Notes: generated by a model from the sequence alone, not told the origin. A DNA stretch of 64,000 nucleotides from Candidatus Dojkabacteria bacterium (GCA_046753765.1 JBHHUN010000003.1:21001-85000); one strand, 5' to 3'. Positions 9,704 to 19,344 are shown, counted from the stretch's first letter. Program-made: numbers and translations.

Positions 9704-11757
9704 TTATGAAAGCAGCGCCGAAAAATCTTGTGCTAGTGATCTTGGTGCTTCTCCTGGTGCCGGTCGGAGTATTGATTCCGAAAGATGTTGGTGCAATATC
9801 TAACGGGAATGATGAGATATATTTAGCCACACCACTAAACAAAGCTCTTGTTGAAGGCAATGAGCAGTTTAGTTGGTTTATGAAGGATCCGGATCAAACT
9901 AAGATTCCCTTCCAGGTAGACTTGTTCAGAAAGAACTGTGGAGCTAACGGTTTATTCTTTGGAGTCGTTGTTACAGGTGAAAAAACATCAGTCAGTGGTG
10001 GAAAGATTTATAATGGGACGTGGGATACAGATGGGCCCATATTGGATAAATCCAAAATCAATGATGGTAACTACTGTATGCGTATCTGTGCCGTGTTCAA
10101 GCGTAACCCCAGTAATTTCTATGCACTTTGTGACAAGCACTCAGTTAAAGTTGTTAATACCAATCGTTCACCTGAAATAACAAGCAATCCTAAGGGGCTC
10201 AATCTGACCCAGGGAGATGACTTTAAATATGATGTACAGGCTAAGGATCCCGATGGTGATAAGCTGACATACACATTTCAGAAAAAGCCTAAATTCCTGA
10301 AGATCAACAACGACAGTGGTGTCATCACCTCCAAAGGTGCGATCAGTAACGTGGGCAGTTTCGAAGTTAAGGTGAAAGTTGCAGATGGTAAGGGGGGGAC
10401 GGACTTTCAGGTCTTTACTATTAATGTGACAGCGCAGGAGACAGATTTTAGTGTTAGTTTTACAAGTCCCGATTCGGAGAGTGTTTTTTCAAAGGATGAG
10501 AACCTGGTTAGTTGGAACGTCTCCGGAGATATCGACGTCGAGGAGATTACACTGTTTTATTCAACTGATACTGAGGAGTGGGCAGAAATCTCGTCAATCG
10601 AAGGCAACCCTGAGCAGTTTAGTTGGGATGTGACAGGTATGACTTCCGGAGAATACTATCTGAGACTCAGGTTAAAAGATACTAGCGGTAATCTGTTTGA
10701 AGTTGTAAGTGATAAGTTTACTGTGGCAACTGATGACGATGATGGTGGTGGTGAGGAAGTGCCATTGATAACTCCAAAGGATCCGGCGGAAGATGGTGTG
10801 ACTACCGAAACCACCCCAAAGATCTCGTTTAGTGCTGCACCATCGGAAGGGGCGGAGATTGATTCACAGTCAGTCACAGTCAAGCTTAATGATACTGAAT
10901 TGGAGGATTGTAGCCTTTCTCAAGGAGTTGTTGAGTGTATCGTTGAGACAGACCTTGAACTTGGTAGGCATAAGTTGTTTGTAGAGGTGACTGACAGTTT
11001 GGGGCAGAGTGCAGTTAAGGAGTGGTTCTTCGAAGTAGTGACCCCCGTGACTCCCACTCCCCAACCCGGACTGGGTGAGAATATAACCTTGTTTGGCAAC
11101 AGGATTCCAATAGAAACGTTCGGACTTGCAATTGGCATTTTGTGCGTTGGGTTGTTGCTACTTCTGATACCGTGGTTGTTATATCTGTTCATCATACGAA
11201 GGCGCCAGGAACAAAGCTATGATTACTATCCCGACGAGTCGGGCACAGGATACGAAGTTGGTGATTACTCTCCTACCCCTGATTATTCAACTTCGACGGG
11301 TGACATCGAGATATTTACACCCGGATCAGTTGGTGCTCCTCCAGCTGACCCCCTGTCACCTGAACCACTGGAACCAGAGCAGCCTACTCCGCCTGTAGAG
11401 CCTGCCACAGATATCCAGCAGCCAGTACAGGAAGACGCTGCCTACGAACCAACAGTTGGGGACCAAACACTTGGTGAGGAACAGTTTGTCACTCCTGAGC
11501 CGTATTCCCCTAGAGAAACAGCGTCAGGAGGAGCCAAAGGAGCAGAGCCTGCTCATATGCCCAGTATATACTCCGATGAGGAGGTTCCTGACTGGTTGAA
11601 GACCACAGATGAGAACGCGAGCGCTCCTGTATCACCTTCTGGGGAAGATTTTGAGAGTAGGCCAGGTGTTGTTGGAAGTGATGATACCTCAAAACCCTAT
11701 CAGGATTATGGATTGGCATCGAGGAATGAAGATAACCCGGATAAACAGGGTGAATAA
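9700..11757 (+). CDS. Surface protein with a cadherin-like/putative Ig (He_PIG-type) domain, single TM helix and a Pro/acidic-rich cytoplasmic tail
   Basis: Signal peptide, then the motif 'PEITSNPKGLNLTQGDDFKYDVQAKDPDGDKLTYTF...GSFEVKVKVADGKGGTDFQVFTINV', typical of dystroglycan-type cadherin-like/putative Ig domains. TM helix LAIGILCVGLLLLLIPWLLYLFII followed by RRRQ and a Pro/Glu/Asp-rich tail. GTG start overlaps the upstream stop codon. Confidence 0.6.
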   Translation: MIMKAAPKNLVLVILVLLLVPVGVLIPKDVGAISNGNDEIYLATPLNKALVEGNEQFSWFMKDPDQTKIPFQVDLFRKNCGANGLFFGVVVTGEKTSVSGGKIYNGTWDTDGPILDKSKINDGNYCMRICAVFKRNPSNFYALCDKHSVKVVNTNRSPEITSNPKGLNLTQGDDFKYDVQAKDPDGDKLTYTFQKKPKFLKINNDSGVITSKGAISNVGSFEVKVKVADGKGGTDFQVFTINVTAQETDFSVSFTSPDSESVFSKDENLVSWNVSGDIDVEEITLFYSTDTEEWAEISSIEGNPEQFSWDVTGMTSGEYYLRLRLKDTSGNLFEVVSDKFTVATDDDDGGGEEVPLITPKDPAEDGVTTETTPKISFSAAPSEGAEIDSQSVTVKLNDTELEDCSLSQGVVECIVETDLELGRHKLFVEVTDSLGQSAVKEWFFEVVTPVTPTPQPGLGENITLFGNRIPIETFGLAIGILCVGLLLLLIPWLLYLFIIRRRQEQSYDYYPDESGTGYEVGDYSPTPDYSTSTGDIEIFTPGSVGAPPADPLSPEPLEPEQPTPPVEPATDIQQPVQEDAAYEPTVGDQTLGEEQFVTPEPYSPRETASGGAKGAEPAHMPSIYSDEEVPDWLKTTDENASAPVSPSGEDFESRPGVVGSDDTSKPYQDYGLASRNEDNPDKQGE

Positions 11758-11763
11758 GAGGAG

Positions 11764-14700
11764 TTAAAGGTTGGCGATCCCCGAATTATTAAGATAGCTG
11801 CCCTCGTAACCTCTACCAGTTGCAATATTAACGTCTCCGTTAGCGATCTTGGCAAGTGTTCGAAGCTTACTTGCAAGTTTTGGGCCTACATATTTGTAGT
11901 AACTTACCTCGCCCGGCGACAGCGAAACTATCAAGACCTCTGAATCGAAATAGTAGTCCTTTTCACCGATTACGAGTATTAATTCACGTTCGTTTAGCTT
12001 CTCCATGAAGTCTGGGCCAAGATCGTTCAACACATTTAAAATAGAAGTTGTCTGTTGTCTGGTCCATATACTTTCGAATCCTATTAGTCGTACACCGTAG
12101 TGCGATAGCTCCAGTTGTTGATACTCAGTACTGGCCTCAGGGACGTCGTTTGATATCGGAACGTTATTCATTGCTTGCTGAGAGCTAGTGCTCATCGCCC
12201 CAATAAGCATGATCAGCGACATCATAAACGGCACAACATTACTTACATTAATGCCCCTGAAAGCCATATTGGCCAGATTTAGGAAGGCTCCGGCGAGGTT
12301 GAACAGCATCATTGATGCGTTCATTAAGGCATTTATTGCTCCGTTGAGAGGGACATCAATCAGATAGTGCCCGAGGGCTTGTCCAAGGAGCTGTCCTAAG
12401 AAAGTTCCAAATCCCGTCCCGAGAGCGATGAAAAAAGGTGTTGCGAGGGCTCCTAGACCCCCCGTAATTGTCGTAGCTATTGCTGACGTACTGGCAGCTA
12501 TAGCTGTGCCTACGGCGCTACCGATAGCAATTCCAGCTACACCTCCTACTGCGGCACCAACGCCTGCACCAACCATTGCTCCGATACCGGTTCCAAGATT
12601 GAAAGCTGCACCCACAGCAAATCCTAATATGCTGCCAACTGTAAACCCAACTGTCGCCGGGTTGACTCTTGGGATAAGCCCACTTGCAAACCCTCTTAGT
12701 GTTTGCGCACTATAACGCCCGAAATTACCGAAGCTTTGAAACGCCTCCCCAAAGGTGAGTAGTCCTTCTGTACTTGCTGTAGGGATCCCCATTGCTCCAC
12801 CTGTGAGTGCATACGCTGATCTACTTAGTGCATTTGTTGTTTGTAAGTACCCCACCGCTCCAAGGTAGTTTCCGCCAACGGTGATAACATTGAGAAACCC
12901 CGTTCCCTGATAAAATGTGAAGCTGTCTCGAAGATATCTGTCGAGATCGCCGTCGTATTCATCCTTCAAGATCTGTGCCTGTTGGCCTATCCACGAACCA
13001 CCGATCATTCTGTTCATAAATCGTGTACCCGGGATCCGTGCAAGTTTGGCAAACATTGAACTATCCCCCCTAAGACTTTGTGCGACGCCCTTCCCTATTA
13101 ATGAGTCCCAGATGAACCTGGCGCCCGCACCGGCCGCAAACCCCGCACCGGCCGCAAGCAGTGGGTTGACGCCGGTAATAAGCCCGACTGTGGCTGCAAT
13201 GGATGCTACAGTTAAGCCGGTATTGATTGATCTAAAGAGCCTTTGAGAATTAGAATAGATATTTCGCATACCTTTCACCTGATCCTGAAGCTCAGATGTG
13301 AGGTCTGCTTGTGCCTTCCATGTTCCATTTGGCATTCTCCATTTTCTCAGGTTGTATGATTGCATATTTTGTATTGCAGCCAAGGCTGTACCTGTTGCGC
13401 CACCAAGTACCATTGCCGTTGGGTTCAATCCAAATATAGCAGCTGTACCAACACTGGTCAGTAGCCCTTTGGGGAGTGCACGTGCTGTTGATGAGGTTAC
13501 CCTGTATCCCGTTCGAAGCACCCTACCGGTTGCTGTAGCCACTCTGACTGTACCTCTTGCCACTGCCTTAACACCTCTTCCTGTGGCTCTTGCCCCTCTG
13601 ACGCTCAATCGTGTCAATCTGGCATCTCTGACCGATCTATATAAATTACGGCCACCCTCCTGCACCCTTTGAGTTGCCCGTCCTGCTATTTCAGCTGCTT
13701 GCTCACTTTTTTGGGATGCGTACTCTGCGGTTCTGGAGTTAACGACCCGCTGACCTACCCTTGAGCTGACAAATCTGGCTCTAGCTGCCCTACTGATAGC
13801 TGTGCCCGTCTTACCTATTGCTTTGACAACCCCCTTGGCTGTATCGAATAGCCCCTTGAAGAACATGCGAAGCACCAAACCTCGAGCAGCCTTTTCATTC
13901 TCTTCCTTCTTCTTTTTTTTATATGCCCTGCGTGTCAAGATTATCCGACCCTTTAGCTGTCGACGATAGAACTTCTCGGACTGCTTTTGCAGCCTCTTTG
14001 ATCTGTCCTTAACTCTTTCGGGTACAAATCCTGAAACATTCGCACCTGTCCATCGCGCGACATCTTTCCCTTTATTCACCACCGGTCTTCCAAAAAACAC
14101 TGCCGGCTTTGCAACAAAGTTTCTTGCTGTAAATTTTGCTGCCCCAATAGCGAAATTCTTGGTTCCCTCTTTTACATTCTCTTTAAACTTCTTTCTTTTT
14201 TGTCGAAACCTTTCACGCAGTCCAGGTTTTTTTGCATCATAACGGAAGTCTTCCATCTGGAAAATGTTGTACCACTTACCTCTTAAGAATGCGTCTTCCA
14301 TCTGCCGGGTTCTTTTGTTCATTGACTCGCTCCAATGGGGGTTGTCCCAGGCATAAAACTGTGCTTTCGTTTCTTGACCAAGCCATCGTGCTCCACGTTT
14401 CAACTTGTCTGCACGAGATTCTTCCCTCTGAACTTCTACTTCAGGGGCAGGAACAGGTTCAGAAGGAGGGGGCAATGTAGCTTCTGTCTCTCCTGTGGGT
14501 TTTGGTGTAAATTCCCCAGCAGGTTGTTCGTCTTTGGGTAATCCAGAAGGTAGCTGTGCGGCTTCTGTGGGCGTGACAGAGCCCATTTGAATTTCTGACT
14601 TTACCCCGTTGAGATACTGAATGATAGCTGTTGCTGCTGGATGCTTGCTAATATCGGGGTGATATTTCTTTGCGAGGTCTCTGTAGGAGGCCTGGATATC

Positions 14701-15000
14701 TTCTCCCCGGCCTGCAATGTCGTAGAGTCCGTCTATCTCCGCTTTGACCTCAGGAGGAACCCCGGTTGCATCCGGTCGTGGTTGCTCAACAGCTTCTGCC
14801 TTTTGTTCGGGAATGGCAATTGCCGATGAGGCTCTCACCTGTTGCAGTACTTTATCAGCTTCCCGTAGTATTTCCTCGACAGACTTCCTTTGTTCCCGGT
14901 TTTCACGCAGGAACTTCTCTACAGCTTCAATTAGAGCAGCAGTATCACTCCCCAGCTCTGAGATCCTATCTTGTATTCGTTGCATTGGTTCAACTGCCAT
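11764..15000 (-). CDS. Giant (1078 aa) J-domain-containing membrane protein: N-terminal coiled coil, DnaJ-type J domain, Arg/Lys-rich region, Gly/Ala-rich glycine-zipper hydrophobic region and a C-terminal globular domain. Last gene of the six-gene operon
   Basis: Residues ~88-135, 'LYDIAGRGEDIQASYRDLAKKYHPDISKHPAATAIIQYLNGV', match the J-domain consensus, including the invariant HPD (nt 14653-14661, minus strand). Residues ~180-470 are very Arg/Lys-rich. Residues ~500-880 contain many GxxxG/AxxxA hydrophobic stretches (e.g. VGAGVGAAVGGVAGIAIGSAVGTAIAA). No signal peptide. Confidence 0.65.
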   Translation of the reverse strand: MAVEPMQRIQDRISELGSDTAALIEAVEKFLRENREQRKSVEEILREADKVLQQVRASSAIAIPEQKAEAVEQPRPDATGVPPEVKAEIDGLYDIAGRGEDIQASYRDLAKKYHPDISKHPAATAIIQYLNGVKSEIQMGSVTPTEAAQLPSGLPKDEQPAGEFTPKPTGETEATLPPPSEPVPAPEVEVQREESRADKLKRGARWLGQETKAQFYAWDNPHWSESMNKRTRQMEDAFLRGKWYNIFQMEDFRYDAKKPGLRERFRQKRKKFKENVKEGTKNFAIGAAKFTARNFVAKPAVFFGRPVVNKGKDVARWTGANVSGFVPERVKDRSKRLQKQSEKFYRRQLKGRIILTRRAYKKKKKEENEKAARGLVLRMFFKGLFDTAKGVVKAIGKTGTAISRAARARFVSSRVGQRVVNSRTAEYASQKSEQAAEIAGRATQRVQEGGRNLYRSVRDARLTRLSVRGARATGRGVKAVARGTVRVATATGRVLRTGYRVTSSTARALPKGLLTSVGTAAIFGLNPTAMVLGGATGTALAAIQNMQSYNLRKWRMPNGTWKAQADLTSELQDQVKGMRNIYSNSQRLFRSINTGLTVASIAATVGLITGVNPLLAAGAGFAAGAGARFIWDSLIGKGVAQSLRGDSSMFAKLARIPGTRFMNRMIGGSWIGQQAQILKDEYDGDLDRYLRDSFTFYQGTGFLNVITVGGNYLGAVGYLQTTNALSRSAYALTGGAMGIPTASTEGLLTFGEAFQSFGNFGRYSAQTLRGFASGLIPRVNPATVGFTVGSILGFAVGAAFNLGTGIGAMVGAGVGAAVGGVAGIAIGSAVGTAIAASTSAIATTITGGLGALATPFFIALGTGFGTFLGQLLGQALGHYLIDVPLNGAINALMNASMMLFNLAGAFLNLANMAFRGINVSNVVPFMMSLIMLIGAMSTSSQQAMNNVPISNDVPEASTEYQQLELSHYGVRLIGFESIWTRQQTTSILNVLNDLGPDFMEKLNERELILVIGEKDYYFDSEVLIVSLSPGEVSYYKYVGPKLASKLRTLAKIANGDVNIATGRGYEGSYLNNSGIANL

Positions 15001-15001
15001 A

Positions 15002-16051
15002 TTACCCCAACATTGATAGATGATTTTGAATAGTCCGTATATCCCTCCTGATGTTTTCTAATTCCTGGGCGTATTTCTTGATCTGGTCCAGCTGGTTTTG
15101 CATATCTGTTGCCTTGGCCTGCAACTGGGTGGTAGCTTGAACAAGCGTTGTCTGTGATGCTGGATCATTCTGCCCGGTAAGAGACTGTGCCTGTTGTTCC
15201 AGGTTTTCTACCTCTACCTTTAACTTGTCAATATAGTCGCTGGTTTGATCTATATGTTTTGCCAAAGCATCAAACTCCTTCATCCGCCTTTTCAACCTTT
15301 TTCTTAGTCCCTTCCTTTGCTTATCTAAGAAATACCTCTGATTTAGATTTTTGAAGAGTGCGTTGATTTGCTCTGTGTCAATCTCGACGTCCTTTTGATG
15401 TTCCTGTTGCTGTGCCTTTAGAGTGCCATAAATCCCCGAAAGAATAGTCAGTGCTTCCCTCTGGGCAGGAGTCATTGGTACGAGCGTATTGGGTTGGTTG
15501 GTGTATGGGCGTACTGCTAATGCTAACAGCCTTTCATACTCCTCAATGTTTGAGATACTGGTGTATTGTTGTAGTTTTGCCTCTTTTTGATAAAGACCGG
15601 GTACGAGAGAGGGCTGTTTCAATGTCAAGGTTCCTATCTGTTGCTTCAACATCGCCTCATGTTTTTTGACCTCCTCTTTAAACTCGTCTTTAACAAATGC
15701 CCAGTCCTTAAGAAGACTCATTATCTGCGAAGCAGGGGTAACTGCACTCTTAAGCGCCATGTGGTCTATCCACTGGCTCAGCGTCATCACTGCAATTTGT
15801 AGATCGCGGGGTTGTACTCCACCAGCGAAGGCCAAAGTACCAAAATCAAATTCTTGTGTTGCTGGTGCATTTCGTGCGGATAGTCCTTTCATGACATGAT
15901 CCATTGTTCGCTCGTACAAACTAACTTTCTTTGCATAATCTGGTATACCCTCTGTTTTCCTCTCCCCGCTTACCGATTGCCATGTACTTTTAAGATCAAT
16001 CAGGTCGTTAAGCGAAACTGCAGTTATGGCACCTTTGTTGTTTGTTTGCAT
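15002..16051 (-). CDS. Hypothetical coiled-coil protein (operon gene 5)
   Basis: 349 aa, Gln/Glu/Lys-rich with heptad-like segments (…QLQAKATDMQNQLDQIKKYAQELENIRRDIRTIQN…). No TM helix. Start abuts the downstream gene (15002/15000) and its 3' end overlaps the upstream gene's start at 16051. Confidence 0.55.
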   Translation of the reverse strand: MQTNNKGAITAVSLNDLIDLKSTWQSVSGERKTEGIPDYAKKVSLYERTMDHVMKGLSARNAPATQEFDFGTLAFAGGVQPRDLQIAVMTLSQWIDHMALKSAVTPASQIMSLLKDWAFVKDEFKEEVKKHEAMLKQQIGTLTLKQPSLVPGLYQKEAKLQQYTSISNIEEYERLLALAVRPYTNQPNTLVPMTPAQREALTILSGIYGTLKAQQQEHQKDVEIDTEQINALFKNLNQRYFLDKQRKGLRKRLKRRMKEFDALAKHIDQTSDYIDKLKVEVENLEQQAQSLTGQNDPASQTTLVQATTQLQAKATDMQNQLDQIKKYAQELENIRRDIRTIQNHLSMLG

Positions 16052-17232
16052 CAGTTCTCTTCTGCCAGATAGTCATTTAAAGTAAATTTGGGGTTTTCAA
16101 GTCCGTTTGTAACAGCGTTGAATATTTCGTATTTTGCCTCATGCGTGAAATCTACGTTATATGTTTCGAATGGCTCGGGGAGTACGTTCCCGTCGTCCAT
16201 TACAAGATACAAGTCAATCAGAAAGTTGAACTTTCGCTCATCTTTGTCAAACTGTTCAGGCGGTCTGAACCGGAGCTGATAGAGATTGACGGGAGTAAAC
16301 AGTCCGGAGTTGATATAGTAAAGCAGTAGCTCTTTGTAGTCTTCAAGAAGAACTTTACGTGTTTCGGGGTACAGTGACTTCATTGCTCGCAGTCCATCTG
16401 TAATAACTTTAACAACTTGATCTTCAAGATCTTCGAGCTGTGGCGGGAATTTACTTTCAGTGTTATTAGTTATCTTTCTGTAATACGCATTGAGGTTTGC
16501 CTTAGCCTGTCCTGGACTCATACCTCTGGCAAGATAGGAGTATAGTCTTGGTGTGAAGTACATATAGCAGGTTTCGGCTACTGTTTCGTTTAGAAGACGC
16601 AATTCGTCCACGTAGAGTAATGGTACCATTCCGTACACAGTGATATCATCCAGGTCATCGATCATCTGATCGCGAATACCAGTAAACTCGGTAAGTGCCG
16701 AGAGGTATGATTTCATTATATTTTCCCTTTTCTCGCGCTCGCTAGTTGCTTGAAAATCAAGGACCCCAAAATCGTTGATGACAAATGCATCTGGAATGGC
16801 AAAAGTTATTGTGGATGGTAGAAATTTTTGATCCTTCGGCACGTCCATTGACTTTATGATACTGCGTTCAAGTTTTGTTGGTACACGTACCAGCTGGTAC
16901 TCAGCAAATTCAAGCCTTGCTTCAAGATACCGCATTATGTAGAGATCATGCATTGCTTCAAGGAAGATTTCTGGTGTTTTTTTGCCTGTTTTGTCCAGTT
17001 TAAGCTCATAAAGACTAACGAGCTTTTCGATTATCTCTATGTATCTGAGCATCAGCCGCTCTGTCTGGGGAGACGTTTGCTCTATTTTAATATCTAGCGA
17101 CTCTTCTTTTGAAAACAGGAAGATGTAATCGAGGATCTCGGGTCCCAGAACAGAGATAAGCTGCTTTTCTATATCACTGAGATCAGTAACAAGTGTCGAG
17201 ATAGAATTGGTGTTTTGTGTTTCTGTAGCCAT
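16051..17232 (-). CDS. Hypothetical cytoplasmic protein (operon gene 4)
   Basis: 393 aa with no TM helix, no Walker motifs and no recognisable family. It lies 9 nt downstream of the membrane-protein gene. Confidence 0.5.
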   Translation of the reverse strand: MATETQNTNSISTLVTDLSDIEKQLISVLGPEILDYIFLFSKEESLDIKIEQTSPQTERLMLRYIEIIEKLVSLYELKLDKTGKKTPEIFLEAMHDLYIMRYLEARLEFAEYQLVRVPTKLERSIIKSMDVPKDQKFLPSTITFAIPDAFVINDFGVLDFQATSEREKRENIMKSYLSALTEFTGIRDQMIDDLDDITVYGMVPLLYVDELRLLNETVAETCYMYFTPRLYSYLARGMSPGQAKANLNAYYRKITNNTESKFPPQLEDLEDQVVKVITDGLRAMKSLYPETRKVLLEDYKELLLYYINSGLFTPVNLYQLRFRPPEQFDKDERKFNFLIDLYLVMDDGNVLPEPFETYNVDFTHEAKYEIFNAVTNGLENPKFTLNDYLAEEN

Positions 17233-17241
17233 CTTTCATCT

Positions 17242-18771
17242 CTATCCCTGATTTGATGTCCCCGGCGCATAACTAGTAAGTCTTTTTTTGGTCTCATTCA
17301 ACAACCCGCCAAGAGCCGTTGTTCTCTGACTAACTACCTGGAAGAAGATATTACCAGTTGGTACACCCATATTGTTTTTAATTAGATCCGGAATGCTTGG
17401 TGAGAACAGGAAGACCGAGTAAACAACAATAATTTTATAGATGCCACCACCGAACTGTGATGCTTCGCTACCGTACCCGAGCAGTGGGGGTGCCCATTCA
17501 ATTGCACCAGCATCCCGGAATGCACCGGTCAAACCGCTGCTGTTACCCACAATTATGAGAAATAGAAATACACCATATAGAACGATAAACACAAGACTGG
17601 CAGCCAGAAGTGTTTTGAAGTAATTGCCCACTATAGTACCGGTTCTACCAGGTATGGCTGCAGTCAGGAATATAAACGGCGAGAATATGGGCATTGTGGT
17701 TAGAATTATGTAGTTATTAAGCAGTGCGAGAAACAGCTTAAAAGCTGCGCCCAGGGCAACAAGTCCAAGCAGTAGCTTAAGTAGATCTCCGGCGAGGCCA
17801 CCTCCCAAGGCTGAGAAAAGCCCCGTGAGAAATGTCTCCTCCACACCGCCTATGAGAGGAAACCACCCGATCTCACATGTGTCAAGTTCGCCCTCAGTAG
17901 GAATAAGTGGATCAGGGTCACAGATGTGGATTGCAGACGAGCTCCAGATATTCATAAAGCCAAGCTGATAATCGTCCGGCTGAAGTTCATTAATCTTGGG
18001 TCCGGAGTAGCCAGGGGCCCCCTGAACGCCACCTTGAAAGATATCGTAGCCCGGAGCTCCAGGGGCTGTGACCATTACACTTTGGACAAAATTAGTGCCG
18101 ATCGTAACAAGATCTACAAATAAAGCAGATATCGGATAGCTTAGGGTTACCAATAGCAGGGCGATCAACACCGACGGTAGTGAGTTAGCGACATTCACTA
18201 TAGTTTGCCCACCAAGATTTTGTCGGAACAGCACAAGGAAAGCTATCACGATGAGAATGACTATGAAGAAACCATAGGCGATATTTCTTGTCCACTGCCA
18301 GAAACCAAGGATCGGGCGAAGAAGTTCAAAACCTAACCCAGGGAAGTACGTTGATGGATTCGAGTCATTTTGGGCGAAAACAGTAATAGATTCGTAGCCA
18401 AGAATTTGGTTGTACTCGTTCTGTGCCCAGACAATCATACTGGCTGGCGGGTTATCATACATACCATCGCTCAGGGCTGCTATCTGTAGGACAGCCCCTT
18501 TTTGAGACACATCGTCTTTACCTTCAGCTGAGCCTGTTGCCGTCAGATGATTCCATCCACCTGCAAACCATGCAGAAAGACTGCCAAGGTCGTTCCTCCC
18601 TTGTGGAGCAACGTAAGTATGAATGGCCGATCGAGGTTCAGCCACAGCTTGAGTCATCGGCACATTAGACAGCAGAAAAAATGCAATCAACCCTACGACC
18701 ATTAGGGTCTTAAATACCGATCTCTGCTTCCAGCCCTTCTTAATCAGGCTCTTTACCGTGGGACCCTTCAT
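17242..18771 (-). CDS. Polytopic membrane protein with VirB6/TrbL-like topology: signal peptide, ~125-aa extracytoplasmic domain, ~6 TM helices (operon gene 3)
   Basis: Signal peptide (…LLSNVPMTQAVA|EP), a hydrophilic N-domain, then hydrophobic helices (IAYGFFIVILIVIAFLVLF; LPSVLIALLLVTLSYPISALFVDLV; LLKLLLGLVALGAAFKLFLALL; IILTTMPIFSPFIFLTAAIP; LLAASLVFIVLYGVFLFLIIVG; IYKIIVVYSVFLFS) with a Cys-containing loop. The call rests on topology only, not sequence similarity. Confidence 0.55.
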   Translation of the reverse strand: MKGPTVKSLIKKGWKQRSVFKTLMVVGLIAFFLLSNVPMTQAVAEPRSAIHTYVAPQGRNDLGSLSAWFAGGWNHLTATGSAEGKDDVSQKGAVLQIAALSDGMYDNPPASMIVWAQNEYNQILGYESITVFAQNDSNPSTYFPGLGFELLRPILGFWQWTRNIAYGFFIVILIVIAFLVLFRQNLGGQTIVNVANSLPSVLIALLLVTLSYPISALFVDLVTIGTNFVQSVMVTAPGAPGYDIFQGGVQGAPGYSGPKINELQPDDYQLGFMNIWSSSAIHICDPDPLIPTEGELDTCEIGWFPLIGGVEETFLTGLFSALGGGLAGDLLKLLLGLVALGAAFKLFLALLNNYIILTTMPIFSPFIFLTAAIPGRTGTIVGNYFKTLLAASLVFIVLYGVFLFLIIVGNSSGLTGAFRDAGAIEWAPPLLGYGSEASQFGGGIYKIIVVYSVFLFSPSIPDLIKNNMGVPTGNIFFQVVSQRTTALGGLLNETKKRLTSYAPGTSNQG

Positions 18772-18851
18772 CTATGCATTCTAATGTAACGAATAAACGG
18801 TAGTTTCTTCCACCAGTATAGGAAGTTATGGAAATGATTTCAACAAGATAA

Positions 18852-19328
18852 TCACTCGGGGAGTTTTTTTTCGCGTTTGAATTTGAACTTCCTCAGTTCG
18901 GGGTACTGTTTTTTCAGTTGTCCTATCATACGGTAGTCATCGACAAACCAGTCACTTATCTGGATGAGTGCATCGTCATCCATTCTGGCAAAGAAATCGG
19001 CTGCCATTTCGTTTTCAAACTTCATTAATTTTTTTTCAATAATGTCGTTTAACTTCGGGTGTTTCCCCCTGATTTTAAACATCATTTTATAGAACTTCTC
19101 GAGATTCTTTGCCTGTTCCTTTTGGTTCAGTGTTGTGTCGCTGAGCTTATCAAGCTCCTCATCGTATTCCTTTAACTTGTTCTCAGAAAGGAACAAGATG
19201 GTTTGCTGTATTTCAACCTGCATCTTCATTTCAAGGTACTCATGTCTCATCTGCATAATGACGTAGTCATCATATCCAAACTGATCCTGAACTAGTTTTG
19301 CAAATCTCTCGTCAAACAAAAAAAACAT
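18852..19328 (-). CDS. Small hypothetical cytoplasmic protein (operon gene 2)
   Basis: 158 aa, charged and helical, no TM helix. It lies 16 nt downstream of the giant gene. Confidence 0.5.
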   Translation of the reverse strand: MFFLFDERFAKLVQDQFGYDDYVIMQMRHEYLEMKMQVEIQQTILFLSENKLKEYDEELDKLSDTTLNQKEQAKNLEKFYKMMFKIRGKHPKLNDIIEKKLMKFENEMAADFFARMDDDALIQISDWFVDDYRMIGQLKKQYPELRKFKFKREKKLPE

Positions 19329-19344
19329 GTATATTCAATAACAA

